Source: a virus (Duplodnaviria > Caudoviricetes). From it: 57,070 nt of DNA. The notes under the pieces were generated by a model. The model made no database searches, was not told the DNA's origin, and was given only the letters and a program-made list of their open reading frames with translations. A program made the translations under genes and the position numbers. This document shows positions 27,878-37,108 of this stretch, in pieces. Each line of letters begins with the position of its first letter. The stretch's first letter is position 1. The DNA lies in the IMG/VR virus record IMGVR_UViG_3300006919_008385, positions 1 to 57,070 of that record, one strand, 5' to 3'.

Positions 27878-28157
27878 AATGTCCTTCCAATTTATTATCT
27901 ACTACTAACTTATTAAGTGGACTACCACCATGTAAAAGTTTAAACAAGGCATAGTCTTCTGGTTCGTCAAATTTAGCATCAACACACAAAGTTAAACTAT
28001 ATCCAATGTCCTCATAATTCTTTTCAAAACAGACTGTCCCTTTAGAAGTTTCAGCCCAAGTCCAATAATCTTTTAAAGTGTTTTGAACTGCGTTATCATA
28101 AATGAAATCGTAGTCACTATCGTCTTTGACAGTTGCTTCTATTACTCTAACTTTCAA
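27852..28157 (-). CDS. small phage hypothetical protein (FxxxxDxA family)
   Basis: AKFDEPEDYALFKL motif. Confidence 0.6.
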   Translation of the reverse strand: MKVRVIEATVKDDSDYDFIYDNAVQNTLKDYWTWAETSKGTVCFEKNYEDIGYSLTLCVDAKFDEPEDYALFKLLHGGSPLNKLVVDNKLEGHFEYDNRSR

Positions 28158-28443
28158 AAGACTTCCTTTTATAATACATTACAATACCATACACACTAAT
28201 AATAAACCAAAAGAATTCTATTACCATACTAGGTTTGTTTAGTGTATATAATAAACTGACTGTGACTAGGATTGCTACTAATAAATTATTAAATGAATAC
28301 CAAAAACCTTTGGGATCTATTTGTTGTGTTTGCAATAGTCCATAAGTTACAATTAATAATGCTACACCTGTGTAACCTATTATTTCATAAAGGGGAACAG
28401 TAAATAGTGTCAGTTCTCCAAATTGTGTATATAATTCTATCAT
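28147..28443 (-). CDS. CBU_0592-like 3-TM membrane protein
   Basis: IGYTGV...YGLLQ...YSFNN...IEFFWFIISVYG. Confidence 0.7.
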   Translation of the reverse strand: MIELYTQFGELTLFTVPLYEIIGYTGVALLIVTYGLLQTQQIDPKGFWYSFNNLLVAILVTVSLLYTLNKPSMVIEFFWFIISVYGIVMYYKRKSFES

Positions 28444-28625
28444 TATGTCGTCTCCTTTATGACTGGTCTAGTGCAGGGTTTTAGCTCTCCAGCCTGTGTT
28501 TCGTGTGGTAGGTAATCAGTATCAGCAATTACCTGCTTTAACTTTTTATTAAGTTTACCGCCATCATTTAAAAGTTCGTTACTGTAAGGAACTTCTACTG
28601 TGATTGTTGCTCTAATTGTTTTCAT
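28443..28625 (-). CDS. small hypothetical protein
   Basis: Likely start MKTIRA at 28625 with AAGGA RBS. Confidence 0.5.
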   Translation of the reverse strand: MKTIRATITVEVPYSNELLNDGGKLNKKLKQVIADTDYLPHETQAGELKPCTRPVIKETT

Positions 28626-28764
28626 CGATGTCCTTCTTTTTTTTCTTTCCAAAAATCTTTTCCCAATTTTCTGCATACTTGTCTTGATCAGTAGGCTTTT
28701 GTACTGAACCTTTTCCGCCATGCCATTGGCCTTTACTCTTTTCTGTTTTGTTTTCTTCGCTCAT
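28612..28764 (-). CDS. 50-aa basic phage protein (not in ORF track)
   Basis: MSEENKTEKSKGQWHGGKGSVQKPTDQDKYAENWEKIFGKKKKKDIDENN; GGKGS...NWxxIF pattern common in T4-like phages. Confidence 0.6.
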   Translation of the reverse strand: MSEENKTEKSKGQWHGGKGSVQKPTDQDKYAENWEKIFGKKKKKDIDENN

Positions 28765-28987
28765 CTGCTTTTACCAAAATCTTATTACAATGTGGGCACT
28801 CAAGATCTAAATCTAACAGCCTGGTTATTGCCTCATGTTTTAAAAAATCTACTTCTTCTTTTTCCATACTGTTCCACATCTCTGTCGGCACAGGGTAACC
28901 AACATGTTTACTAGACACTTTCACTTTTGTTTCTAATAAACAATAATTCTTTCTGCCAATTTTCCTTATTTGTTTGTTCTTGTCCAC
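28733..28987 (-). CDS. small hypothetical protein with CPHC motif (true start probably downstream)
   Basis: ORF track; overlaps next gene. Confidence 0.45.
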   Translation of the reverse strand: MDKNKQIRKIGRKNYCLLETKVKVSSKHVGYPVPTEMWNSMEKEEVDFLKHEAITRLLDLDLECPHCNKILVKADERRKQNRKE

Positions 28988-29150
28988 TTCCAGTTTGTGC
29001 TAATATAACACGTCCGCCATCCATGTCAATACGAATGCTATCTGTGTTTATTACTTCACCATGTCTTCCAATAAAAACACCTGTCATTTTTCCTTTTGTG
29101 TCTTCAGGATGTAGTCCTTTTATTAGCTCTATTAGTTCTTCTTTATTCAT
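28911..29150 (-). CDS. hypothetical protein
   Basis: 79 aa, coupled to neighbours. Confidence 0.6.
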   Translation of the reverse strand: MNKEELIELIKGLHPEDTKGKMTGVFIGRHGEVINTDSIRIDMDGGRVILAQTGSGQEQTNKENWQKELLFIRNKSESV

Positions 29151-29337
29151 CTAAATAATATATTTGAGTATACTTTCTTGTATGCGGTATTTTCTCATAA
29201 GTTTCACAATCGTAGTCGCAATTACTACACCATTTTTCTATTGGATGATCACAAGTAGGGAATTCAAAGGATGCAGGAATTAAAAGATTTTGATTTAAAT
29301 AAAAGTTTCTTAATTCTTGTTGATCTTTTTCTGTCAT
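29143..29337 (-). CDS. small Cys-rich hypothetical protein
   Basis: CDH...WCSNC; ATGA overlap. Confidence 0.5.
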   Translation of the reverse strand: MTEKDQQELRNFYLNQNLLIPASFEFPTCDHPIEKWCSNCDYDCETYEKIPHTRKYTQIYYLDE

Positions 29338-29477
29338 GCCAATCGTTCTGTGTTTATTGTATCTAATGTATCAAAATAGTCTTTATGTTCAGGTTTTTTA
29401 ATCTCTAATATAGATAACCAAATTAAACATATAATAATAATTAATGCAAATATATTTTCTTTTAAAAAGTTTATCAT
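29334..29477 (-). CDS. 47-aa single-TM protein (not in ORF track)
   Basis: MINFLKENIFALIIIICLIWLSILEIKK...; ATGA overlaps on both sides. Confidence 0.55.
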   Translation of the reverse strand: MINFLKENIFALIIIICLIWLSILEIKKPEHKDYFDTLDTINTERLA

Positions 29478-29677
29478 AGATCAACTTTGCTCCATGGATT
29501 GTTCTCTCTATGCTCTAATAAATCTTGTATACTGTATATACCCATTTCTTTGTATACATGTGGTGCAACCTTGTAAGGACTTTTACCCATTGCTTTGTAA
29601 TAATCTTGCATGTCAGTAATATACTTTTTAAGATTTGTATACTCTGATGCCATAGGTTTCATAACTTTGGTCATCAT
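29474..29677 (-). CDS. hypothetical protein
   Basis: 67 aa, coupled to upstream gene. Confidence 0.55.
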   Translation of the reverse strand: MMTKVMKPMASEYTNLKKYITDMQDYYKAMGKSPYKVAPHVYKEMGIYSIQDLLEHRENNPWSKVDL

Positions 29678-30153
29678 CCTCTTCTCATTCTTGCAATGTC
29701 TTTTGCTTGATCCGTACCTTTCATTACAGGTACAGCATTACTTTTATGCATAGTAGCAATACCCTGTATAAGATCGCCTGTGTACTTCATAGGTTCCTTT
29801 TTACCCATACCTGAACCACTTGGCTTATATGTACCTGATTTCATTTGTTGTTCCATTAAACTAGGATACTTTTCCCTATGCTCTTTATCTGCTTCTGCTC
29901 GCCAGTTAGTTTGTTTCTGCATAGGTTTGAATGTTCTGTAGTCTCTAGGATCAGGCATACTGACTTTGCCATAACAATAATCCATATACTCTTGCAATGT
30001 ATCATATCTCATATGATGCATATGATTTTGCTTACAACGTCTATTATGCTCTCGCCATCTAAGTTCTAGTTCTTTAAGTTTACCTTTAGTGATCTTTGCT
30101 TTATACTTTTTGGTATTGATCATAGAAAACCTGTTATCTAAATGCATAGTCAT
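29674..30153 (-). CDS. conserved T4-like phage hypothetical protein
   Basis: C-terminal YTGDLIQGIATMHKSNAVPV...DIARMRR. Confidence 0.75.
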   Translation of the reverse strand: MTMHLDNRFSMINTKKYKAKITKGKLKELELRWREHNRRCKQNHMHHMRYDTLQEYMDYCYGKVSMPDPRDYRTFKPMQKQTNWRAEADKEHREKYPSLMEQQMKSGTYKPSGSGMGKKEPMKYTGDLIQGIATMHKSNAVPVMKGTDQAKDIARMRRG

Positions 30154-30159
30154 ACATCT

Positions 30160-30187
30160 ATTATAACAGGTTGTATTAGTTTGTCAA
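30160..30187 (-). promoter_or_regulatory. sigma70-type early promoter (leaderless)
   Basis: TTGACA-N16-TATAAT, ATG 6 nt downstream. Confidence 0.75.
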
Positions 30188-30403
30188 CTATTTTTTTATA
30201 TTAAGTCTTAGTAAACCACCAAAAGTGTAAACTAAGAAAAGCATACACATTCCTAAAATTACATTTGAACCTTGCTCTTTTGTTTTAACAAATTCTAGAA
30301 ACTCTAGTAAGTATACCATACCTAGCATGATTGCTACGATTCCTGCGGTTACTATCAGACCGTAACCAAAGTCTTTTGTTATTTCTTTAAATTTATCTAA
30401 CAT
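30188..30403 (-). CDS. small 2-TM membrane protein
   Basis: Hydrophobic; AGGA RBS and promoter at 30446-30473. Confidence 0.6.
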   Translation of the reverse strand: MLDKFKEITKDFGYGLIVTAGIVAIMLGMVYLLEFLEFVKTKEQGSNVILGMCMLFLVYTFGGLLRLNIKK

Positions 30404-30445
30404 AAAATTTCCTATATTACTGTAAGGTTAATTCCTTACTGTTAT

Positions 30446-30473
30446 ATAATAGCATATCTTGTGGTATTGTCAA
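30446..30473 (-). promoter_or_regulatory. sigma70-type early promoter
   Basis: TTGACA-N16-TATTAT. Confidence 0.7.
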
Positions 30474-30497
30474 GCAAAAAATACAAGATATAGTGTT

Positions 30498-30938
30498 TTA
30501 ACTGTAATCTTGTAGCATTTTTCTTATTTCTAATGCGTGTTGTTCTTCCATGCCAATCTGTCCTCTGGCATATTCTTCCAACATTATACTTGCATCAGCA
30601 ACTTCCATTAGTAATTCTTTGTATGTCTCTACTGCTTTCATTTCATGTTCTAAACTCTCTGTGAGAATTTGTTCAACACTATGATTGTGATTTTCTTCTA
30701 TATGAGAAATGTTTTGACTCGGGTGTCCACCAAAGCCTGTGATATATTCACCTGCTTGTAAGGCGTGTGCTAAACTTTCATTTGCTTGTTCTTGTAGGAA
30801 TGCTACAATAGGAATCCTATTAGGTCCTGTTACCATTAGTGAACTGTGAGCATATCGTACAACTCCAGCCATTTCTAATTCCACAATTTTATTAAGTATA
30901 TCACATACTTTAGACGTGTTTAATTCTTTCAATTCCAT
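30498..30938 (-). CDS. bacterioferritin/ferritin-like protein
   Basis: LNKIVELE...Y..HS, GEYITGFGGHP, LEHE, EEQH di-iron-type pattern. Confidence 0.85.
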   Translation of the reverse strand: MELKELNTSKVCDILNKIVELEMAGVVRYAHSSLMVTGPNRIPIVAFLQEQANESLAHALQAGEYITGFGGHPSQNISHIEENHNHSVEQILTESLEHEMKAVETYKELLMEVADASIMLEEYARGQIGMEEQHALEIRKMLQDYS

Positions 30939-31726
30939 TATTCTCCGTCGTAGTATTCTAAACGTTCTATGTCTTCTTCGTTTGTTTCTTCACCATATTG
31001 TATCTCTACAATGTGACATGGTTCTTCACTACTGTTTACAATTTGATGCCAATCACCTACTCTTATATGTATAACTTCATCTGTTTTTAAATTGATTACA
31101 TCATGTTCATCTGGTTTGTCTGTATCTCTGCCATGTTTTACAACACATTCACCTTTACTTACAAACCAAATTTCACTACGTTTAAAGTGTCTCTGATAAC
31201 TAATGCCTTTGCCTGGCTCTATTACAAGCTCTTTGACTTTAACAACACCATCTTCAAACAAGTTACTGAACTCTCCCCATACTCTGCGTTCAGTTGGATA
31301 CTTCCATTCTTTTAGTATCCAACTACTGCTATTGGCTTTATTTTCTCCACCAACACCAAATTGAAATGTATATCCATCTACTTCCATTTCCGGTATGTTG
31401 TCTTTTCCTCTATCACCTCCGTTACAAAAGACATACTCTATCCCTTCACTGGATTTGTCAAACATTTCTTTTATTTGTCTTAATCCTTGATTTACACTAT
31501 TGTCACTATCGTCTACACCATAAACATAATCCACCATGCTCATGCGTTCTAATATAGTTGCTCTTTCCTCAAAAGGCATAAATGGTCTGCCTTTCTTTCT
31601 GGTAAGCCATTCATCACTATTAAGTAGTACCACAAGTTTGTCGCCATATGCGGCGGCTGATTCTAATAAGTTGATGTGACCAGAATGTAGAGGATCGAAA
31701 CCCCCACTGACAACAGAAATTTTCAT
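30938..31726 (-). CDS. cytidylyltransferase / mannose-6-P-isomerase-like cupin fusion
   Basis: SGGFDPLHSGH, NGGDR, KANSSS; cupin RVWG...SYQRHFKRSEIW...EIQYG...EEDIER. Confidence 0.85.
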   Translation of the reverse strand: MKISVVSGGFDPLHSGHINLLESAAAYGDKLVVLLNSDEWLTRKKGRPFMPFEERATILERMSMVDYVYGVDDSDNSVNQGLRQIKEMFDKSSEGIEYVFCNGGDRGKDNIPEMEVDGYTFQFGVGGENKANSSSWILKEWKYPTERRVWGEFSNLFEDGVVKVKELVIEPGKGISYQRHFKRSEIWFVSKGECVVKHGRDTDKPDEHDVINLKTDEVIHIRVGDWHQIVNSSEEPCHIVEIQYGEETNEEDIERLEYYDGE

Positions 31727-32109
31727 TATCTATTTCCTCTGAGTTTTTGAATTTTTTCTCTGCCCATGTATTCTTTTCTTCTCTGACGTTTGCCCTTAAG
31801 ATGTTTTTGGCCAGTAACAGGAGTTGGCATCCATTCGCCTCGCATAATCATAATGTCTAATTCTTTATTACGACGTTTGATTGCTTGATCTTTTTTGCGT
31901 TTTCTTTTAGCAGATGGTTTTTCATAATACTCTCTTTTAGAAAGTTCTTTCTGGAAGTCCATCTTCTCTAATACTTTTTTAAGTTTTCTTATTGCAAGAT
32001 TTACGTTGCCGTTAACGACTGTAATTGAACGACCTTTATCTACTATTTTAGTATTTTCGGGTCGTTTAACCTTCCAGTTTTTATTAAAATTTTGTTTGTG
32101 TTTATTCAT
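31726..32109 (-). CDS. rpsU: 30S ribosomal protein S21 with terminal extensions
   Basis: VVNGNVNLAIRKLKK...REYYEKPSAKRKRKK. Confidence 0.85.
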   Translation of the reverse strand: MNKHKQNFNKNWKVKRPENTKIVDKGRSITVVNGNVNLAIRKLKKVLEKMDFQKELSKREYYEKPSAKRKRKKDQAIKRRNKELDIMIMRGEWMPTPVTGQKHLKGKRQRRKEYMGREKIQKLRGNR

Positions 32110-33370
32110 CTATTTGTCTGTATACCTTATAATTAGCATCTAATTCCTCTCTGCCATCCAAAACCAGGACAGGATACTTATCTTTACTAGATGGATAATG
32201 ATTAAATTTTACTGTTTTTACGCCCATTTCTTTTAAATCTTTTATTCTAAACATAATATTTACAATACTATTCTCAACAATACTCTTTAATGACCTTGCT
32301 CCTGTTGATGTTTTAACAGCCATATCAGCAACATTGTTGTAATATTCATCAGCAAATTCTAATGCTATATCATCCACCTCCATTAATGAGGATACCTGAA
32401 GTATAACACTATTCTTGACGTTTGTCAAGATATTTTTATATTGATCTTTATTAAGATTTTCCATTATACCAATTACAGGAAGTCTACCTATTAACTCTGG
32501 TATAAGACCATAATCTACTATATCTTGTTCAGTAATTTTTCCTAAAAGTGCTCTTCTATCATCAGTACCAACAATTTTACTTCCAAATCCTATTGTGCTG
32601 GCCTTTTTTAAACGTTTTTCTATAATTTTTTCTATGCCTACAAAAGCACCACCCACAATAAATAATACATTGGATGTATCAAAATCCACGAAATCGTCTG
32701 ATATTTTTTTACCTGAATTTACTCTTACTTTTGCTGATGTACCTTCTATAAGTCTTAACAATGCCTGTTGTACACCTTCGCCTGAAACATCTCTGGTGCC
32801 TGTATTTGATTCACTACGCCTAGCCTTTTTGTCTATCTCATCTATAAACACTATACCTCTTTGTGCTAATTCTACATCAAAGTTTGCCAGATTAACTAGA
32901 CGTCCCAGAACACTCTCTACATCTTCTCCCACATAACCTGCTTCAGTGAGTGTGGTGGCGTCAGCAATAGCAAATGGTACACCTAATTTTTCTGCAAGTG
33001 TTTTTACTAATAATGTTTTACCTGTTCCTGTAGAACCTAATAATAATATATTAGATTTTTCTATTTTAATCTCTTTAATTTTATTACTAATTCTTTTATA
33101 ATGATTATAAGAACTAACACTCAATACCTCTTTGACAGAGTCTTGCCCAATTACATATTCATCCAGGTAATCTTTTATTTCTTGAGGTTTAGGAATATCT
33201 TCAAATTCAAAGTCTAATAAATCTAATTGAGTTTCATCTTTTACAATGTCATAGCTCAGTGTTATACATTCATTACAAATGTAAGCATCAGGTCCTGCTA
33301 TAAGTTTTTCAACTTCTTCTCTTTTCTTCCCACAAAAATTACAATTTAGGTGTTTGTTATCATCCTTCAT
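32102..33370 (-). CDS. clpX: ATP-dependent Clp protease ATPase ClpX
   Basis: C4 Zn finger CNFC...CNEC, GSTGTGKT, ADATTLTEAGYVGEDVE, RDVSGEGVQQALL, IGF loop. Confidence 0.96.
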   Translation of the reverse strand: MKDDNKHLNCNFCGKKREEVEKLIAGPDAYICNECITLSYDIVKDETQLDLLDFEFEDIPKPQEIKDYLDEYVIGQDSVKEVLSVSSYNHYKRISNKIKEIKIEKSNILLLGSTGTGKTLLVKTLAEKLGVPFAIADATTLTEAGYVGEDVESVLGRLVNLANFDVELAQRGIVFIDEIDKKARRSESNTGTRDVSGEGVQQALLRLIEGTSAKVRVNSGKKISDDFVDFDTSNVLFIVGGAFVGIEKIIEKRLKKASTIGFGSKIVGTDDRRALLGKITEQDIVDYGLIPELIGRLPVIGIMENLNKDQYKNILTNVKNSVILQVSSLMEVDDIALEFADEYYNNVADMAVKTSTGARSLKSIVENSIVNIMFRIKDLKEMGVKTVKFNHYPSSKDKYPVLVLDGREELDANYKVYRQIDE

Positions 33371-35313
33371 TTTTTACCAATGTATCTTTTATTTGTACTT
33401 GACTTATCTATGTCTGTTTTTGGTAAAGGCATAGCCCAGAACCCTATTTTCTTTTTGACATCTTCTTCTGAGCTTTTAACTAACATATCATATATTGCTT
33501 CTTCTGATAAATCTTCTTTATTAAGTTCACTATTAGCCATTAATCTTGCCGCCTCTTTTAAATCTCCTGATGCGACCTTCTCAACTTCAACAGGTACTTC
33601 TTTTTCTACCTCAACAATCTTTTCTACTTCAACAATCTTTTCTACTTCTGTTGGTTTAGTATTTAATTGTTCTTGAGTACTACTGAGGGCATTTCTTAGC
33701 CTATTATTATCTTTTGTAAGTTCCTCTATTTTTGAGTTGTCTGTTCTGATGACGACTCTTTCTGGACCTGGGACTTCCTTTTCGACAATTCGTTCAACCT
33801 CCTTGATGACCTCAACCTCCTTTTCAACTTCGACTTCAACGATCTTTTCAACTGGCACCTTCCTTTCAACTACCACTTCTTTAATTACTTCAACCGGAAC
33901 TTCTACTATCTTTTCAACTTCTTTTTCTACTATAACTTCTTTAGGCTTGTCGTCAAGAGCCTTTAATGTTTTTGCGTATTTTGTCTCCAATGACGATAAG
34001 GCCTTTTTTAATTCGTTTACTCTTTTTTTTTCGGCGGCACTTTCAGCCATTGCTTTGGCGGCATCTTCTGCCGCACTTGCCTGTTCTTTTTGTAATTGTT
34101 TAAATGCTTTTAGGTCTTCTACATCAGGCAGTTTGTCAGGATTTAATATGTCTAGTATTTCTTGTCTGTCATCTGGATCATTAGGATCAGGATCTGGATT
34201 TTTAGGTCCTGTGCTTTCTAAGTTTACACCATATCGTAATAATGTCTGGTTTGCCGCAATTAACATCATAACTGCTAATGGATCAAACACAAATACAAAA
34301 AGTAATATGAATATTCTAATTGCTTTGTCCATAACATCTTGATCTGATGCACCATAAAGTAATTCAGCCACATATTTAATTGGGCCTACTTCTCGCTCTA
34401 AGTCTCTTACTTTACTTTCTGCTTCAAACTTCTCGTCTTTTAATACTGCAATGACATCATATATACCATCTATCTGATTATTAAATCCATCTATCTTAAT
34501 TAGGTTATCGTCTTGTGCTGATTGACTATTGTTCCTTAATCTGTTTATTTCTGTATTAGCATCGTCTATGGTCTTTTGTGCCTGTAGTCTATAGGCATCT
34601 ATATTTGCTTGTTGCTTGTCTATGTCTGCTTTGATGTCTGCACGTTGTTGTTCCTGTTGAGCATACAGCTCATTAGCCTGTGCAACATAGTCTATCTTTT
34701 CTGTCTCGCCTTGCTGAAATAGTCCGCCTTCATCTAATACAACTACTTCAACACCTTTGTTTCTTAAATCGTTTACTGCTTTATCTAGTACTGCTAGTTG
34801 GTCTCTGAGTCTGTCTATTTGTCCTTGTGCATAATCTATATCGCCTTGTACTCTTGCCCATGCACCATCTCTGATTGTTTCCTGTTGCGTTATGCTTTCA
34901 CTTACATCAACAGTTCCACCTATACTAAGTATCCTGTCTTCCAGTATATCTATTTTGTTTTCTTCTCTGGCAATTTGGCCGTCTAGTCTATCTACTTCTG
35001 CAAATGCCACAGCACCATCACTAGACACATCACTAGCGGCTTTGGAAAGATAGCCGTAGATACCAGCAGATGTAATTAACATCAATACAATTACGGCAGT
35101 GGTAAGATATGATTTGAGTGCGAGGGAAGTTTCGTTCCAATAACGATATAACCAACTGGCTGTTAGTAGTTTACCTACTTCTAATGTTCCAGCCATAATG
35201 GCGATACTCAATGGCATACCACCAAAGAATATCATAAGTCCTGCTATACTAAACCAGGCGGCTACGCCGGCTATAGCGATAGAGGTTATTAAAGTTAATA
35301 GACCAAACCACAT
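33367..35313 (-). CDS. membrane-anchored coiled-coil protein with Val/Glu/Lys-rich repeats
   Basis: 3 N-terminal TMs, LEVGKL, long coiled coil, VGPIKYVAEL...FVFDPLA, then VEKIVEV repeats. Confidence 0.75.
   Translation of the reverse strand: MWFGLLTLITSIAIAGVAAWFSIAGLMIFFGGMPLSIAIMAGTLEVGKLLTASWLYRYWNETSLALKSYLTTAVIVLMLITSAGIYGYLSKAASDVSSDGAVAFAEVDRLDGQIAREENKIDILEDRILSIGGTVDVSESITQQETIRDGAWARVQGDIDYAQGQIDRLRDQLAVLDKAVNDLRNKGVEVVVLDEGGLFQQGETEKIDYVAQANELYAQQEQQRADIKADIDKQQANIDAYRLQAQKTIDDANTEINRLRNNSQSAQDDNLIKIDGFNNQIDGIYDVIAVLKDEKFEAESKVRDLEREVGPIKYVAELLYGASDQDVMDKAIRIFILLFVFVFDPLAVMMLIAANQTLLRYGVNLESTGPKNPDPDPNDPDDRQEILDILNPDKLPDVEDLKAFKQLQKEQASAAEDAAKAMAESAAEKKRVNELKKALSSLETKYAKTLKALDDKPKEVIVEKEVEKIVEVPVEVIKEVVVERKVPVEKIVEVEVEKEVEVIKEVERIVEKEVPGPERVVIRTDNSKIEELTKDNNRLRNALSSTQEQLNTKPTEVEKIVEVEKIVEVEKEVPVEVEKVASGDLKEAARLMANSELNKEDLSEEAIYDMLVKSSEEDVKKKIGFWAMPLPKTDIDKSSTNKRYIGKK
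33602..33648. repeat. 18-bp tandem coding repeat (EKIVEV)
   Basis: TTTTCTAC(C/T)TCAACAATC repeated ~2.6 times. Confidence 0.6.
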
Positions 35314-35358
35314 AGTCTAGTATTTATCTATATTTTAGGTGGGATTTCTTAAAAGTGA

Positions 35359-35385
35359 AGGGCAGTAGGATATCTATACTGCCCT
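35359..35385 (-). terminator. terminator-like hairpin after queD
   Basis: AGGGCAGTA-N9-TACTGCCCT. Confidence 0.55.
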
Positions 35386-35422
35386 CATTCTAAACTTCTT
35401 GTTCATCATTTATCGTTCTTCG

Positions 35423-35908
35423 TTATTTCTCAGAATCTACGAATCGAATCTTCTGAGTGTCTGCAAGTTCGCATGTTGCACTATTGGCTTCATGTTCTCT
35501 TACAGTGACCTTTTGTACCCAGCATCTGCCATTGCTGATATCCTTAACAATTTCATCTGCTTTGTCAAAGGCCATTTCGGCAAACCGTTCACACCCTGTT
35601 GCTTTTACAACTCTCATGTCAATAAGACCTTTGTCTTGTAACAATTGAACTGTATCCATCTCAGGATCGTCCTCGGCTACCAAATAAGTATGGTCAAACA
35701 TTTCTTTTAACCATTGTTTTAGTTCTTTTAAACCACCAAAGTCCACAGCCCAGTTGCGATCATCTAATTCATCACAACCAAATGTAAACTCAAACTGTAG
35801 TGCATAGCCATGAATTAAATTACAGTGACTATCTGCTCTCCATTGTCTAAATGCACAACTATGACCTGTTGCGTGGGTATATGTTTTACCTGAATAAAAA
35901 CGTTTCAT
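35423..35908 (-). CDS. queD: 6-carboxytetrahydropterin synthase QueD / PTPS family
   Basis: HSCAFRQWRADSHCNLIHGY, VDFGGLK, FDHT, VREH. Confidence 0.85.
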   Translation of the reverse strand: MKRFYSGKTYTHATGHSCAFRQWRADSHCNLIHGYALQFEFTFGCDELDDRNWAVDFGGLKELKQWLKEMFDHTYLVAEDDPEMDTVQLLQDKGLIDMRVVKATGCERFAEMAFDKADEIVKDISNGRCWVQKVTVREHEANSATCELADTQKIRFVDSEK

Positions 35909-35934
35909 TACAATACCTCGATGTATAAAGTTAT

Positions 35935-35962
35935 ATTATATACTCTATTTAGGTATTGTCAA
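35935..35962 (-). promoter_or_regulatory. sigma70-type early promoter
   Basis: TTGACA-N16-TATAAT. Confidence 0.7.
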
Positions 35963-35979
35963 GTAGAATTATTGGTTTT

Positions 35980-36453
35980 TTAGACAAGTCCTGCTTCTGC
36001 TTCAGTCATTTTAACTAATCCTTCACGAATTAATTTACTTCTGTTTGCCATATGTTTTGCTTGAACTTCATCTTTGCTACCACCAAAGTATGCCACAGCA
36101 TGACCTTCCTCAACCATAATCTCGGTTACCATTCTCCAAGAATCAGTTGGTGCATGATAAACAGTAAAGTCGCCTAATATACGGCCAAACTTACCTTTCA
36201 TGTCCTCGCCTTTCTTATTGATCTGTGTCTTTAGGATTGGACCTGATTTGTTATCAAGCATTTCTTTTAGCCTTTTCTTTGCGGCTAAGCCAAATTGTTT
36301 TTCTACTTTGTCCCTAGTTCTTGACTCAGGTGTATCTATGCCCATGACTCTGACACGTTCGCTTTTTAACACTATACCAAATCCCAAATCGATATCAACA
36401 TCTACTGTGTCACCATCAACTATTTTCAAGACTTTACATCTATATTCATACAT
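35980..36453 (-). CDS. thermonuclease (SNase) family protein
   Basis: VDGDTVD, RVRVMGIDTPE, GKFGRILG. Confidence 0.88.
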   Translation of the reverse strand: MYEYRCKVLKIVDGDTVDVDIDLGFGIVLKSERVRVMGIDTPESRTRDKVEKQFGLAAKKRLKEMLDNKSGPILKTQINKKGEDMKGKFGRILGDFTVYHAPTDSWRMVTEIMVEEGHAVAYFGGSKDEVQAKHMANRSKLIREGLVKMTEAEAGLV

Positions 36454-36491
36454 ACTGTTACTCCTAATGTGTGTATTATAACAGTATATAT

Positions 36492-37046
36492 TTATCTGAT
36501 ATCTTTATAAAAAACGTGGTTATCTATTTGGGCTGTGAGCAACATACTATTATTCCATTTTGGATTAATATAATCTGCATGATAATGGTCAGCACCATCT
36601 GTGATACCTATACCTCTGTCAAACTTTAACATAAGTGTGGCAAGTTCTAATGCTCTGTACCAACTAAAAAGTTCTGTAGGCATATCACTTATTCCATCAC
36701 AATACCAACTGAATTGACATTGCCTTTTGATAGGATAAAAAATTCTTTCTGAGTCTGGTAAATCTGGGAATCTAGAAGTCTTCCAACTCTCTCTTGTAGG
36801 TCCTTGTTTTATAACTTCGCAGATAGTATTTGGAAATGATGAGCTTTTTACTCTGTTAATTACGACGTCACTAACTGCCCACATACCTGCTGTGCTTTCA
36901 CTTCTGGCTTCATGGTACATGTTAAGAGCTAAACACATAGTATCATCTGTCATAGATAAATCTACTGTTTGGATATTAGCATCAACATCTTCTGATAGTA
37001 AACTAACAGAAAATAAGGTTAGAAATATTCCACGTTTTAACATCAT
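36492..37046 (-). CDS. SleB-like cell wall hydrolase (Hydrolase_2)
   Basis: CLALNMYHEAR, VINRV...FPNTICEV, CQFSWYC, GADHYHA, HVFY. Confidence 0.92.
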   Translation of the reverse strand: MMLKRGIFLTLFSVSLLSEDVDANIQTVDLSMTDDTMCLALNMYHEARSESTAGMWAVSDVVINRVKSSSFPNTICEVIKQGPTRESWKTSRFPDLPDSERIFYPIKRQCQFSWYCDGISDMPTELFSWYRALELATLMLKFDRGIGITDGADHYHADYINPKWNNSMLLTAQIDNHVFYKDIR

Positions 37047-37065
37047 AATCTCTAAATGTCCATAT

Positions 37066-37093
37066 ATTATAACAAAATACTATATTTTGTCAA
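37066..37093 (-). promoter_or_regulatory. sigma70-type early promoter
   Basis: TTGACA-N16-TATAAT. Confidence 0.7.
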
Positions 37094-37108
37094 GTAAAGA
37101 AATGTGTG

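Noticed and set aside
33737-34342. 201-aa plus-strand Ser/Thr-rich ORF
   Set aside because: Antisense shadow of the repetitive VEK region of 33367..35313.
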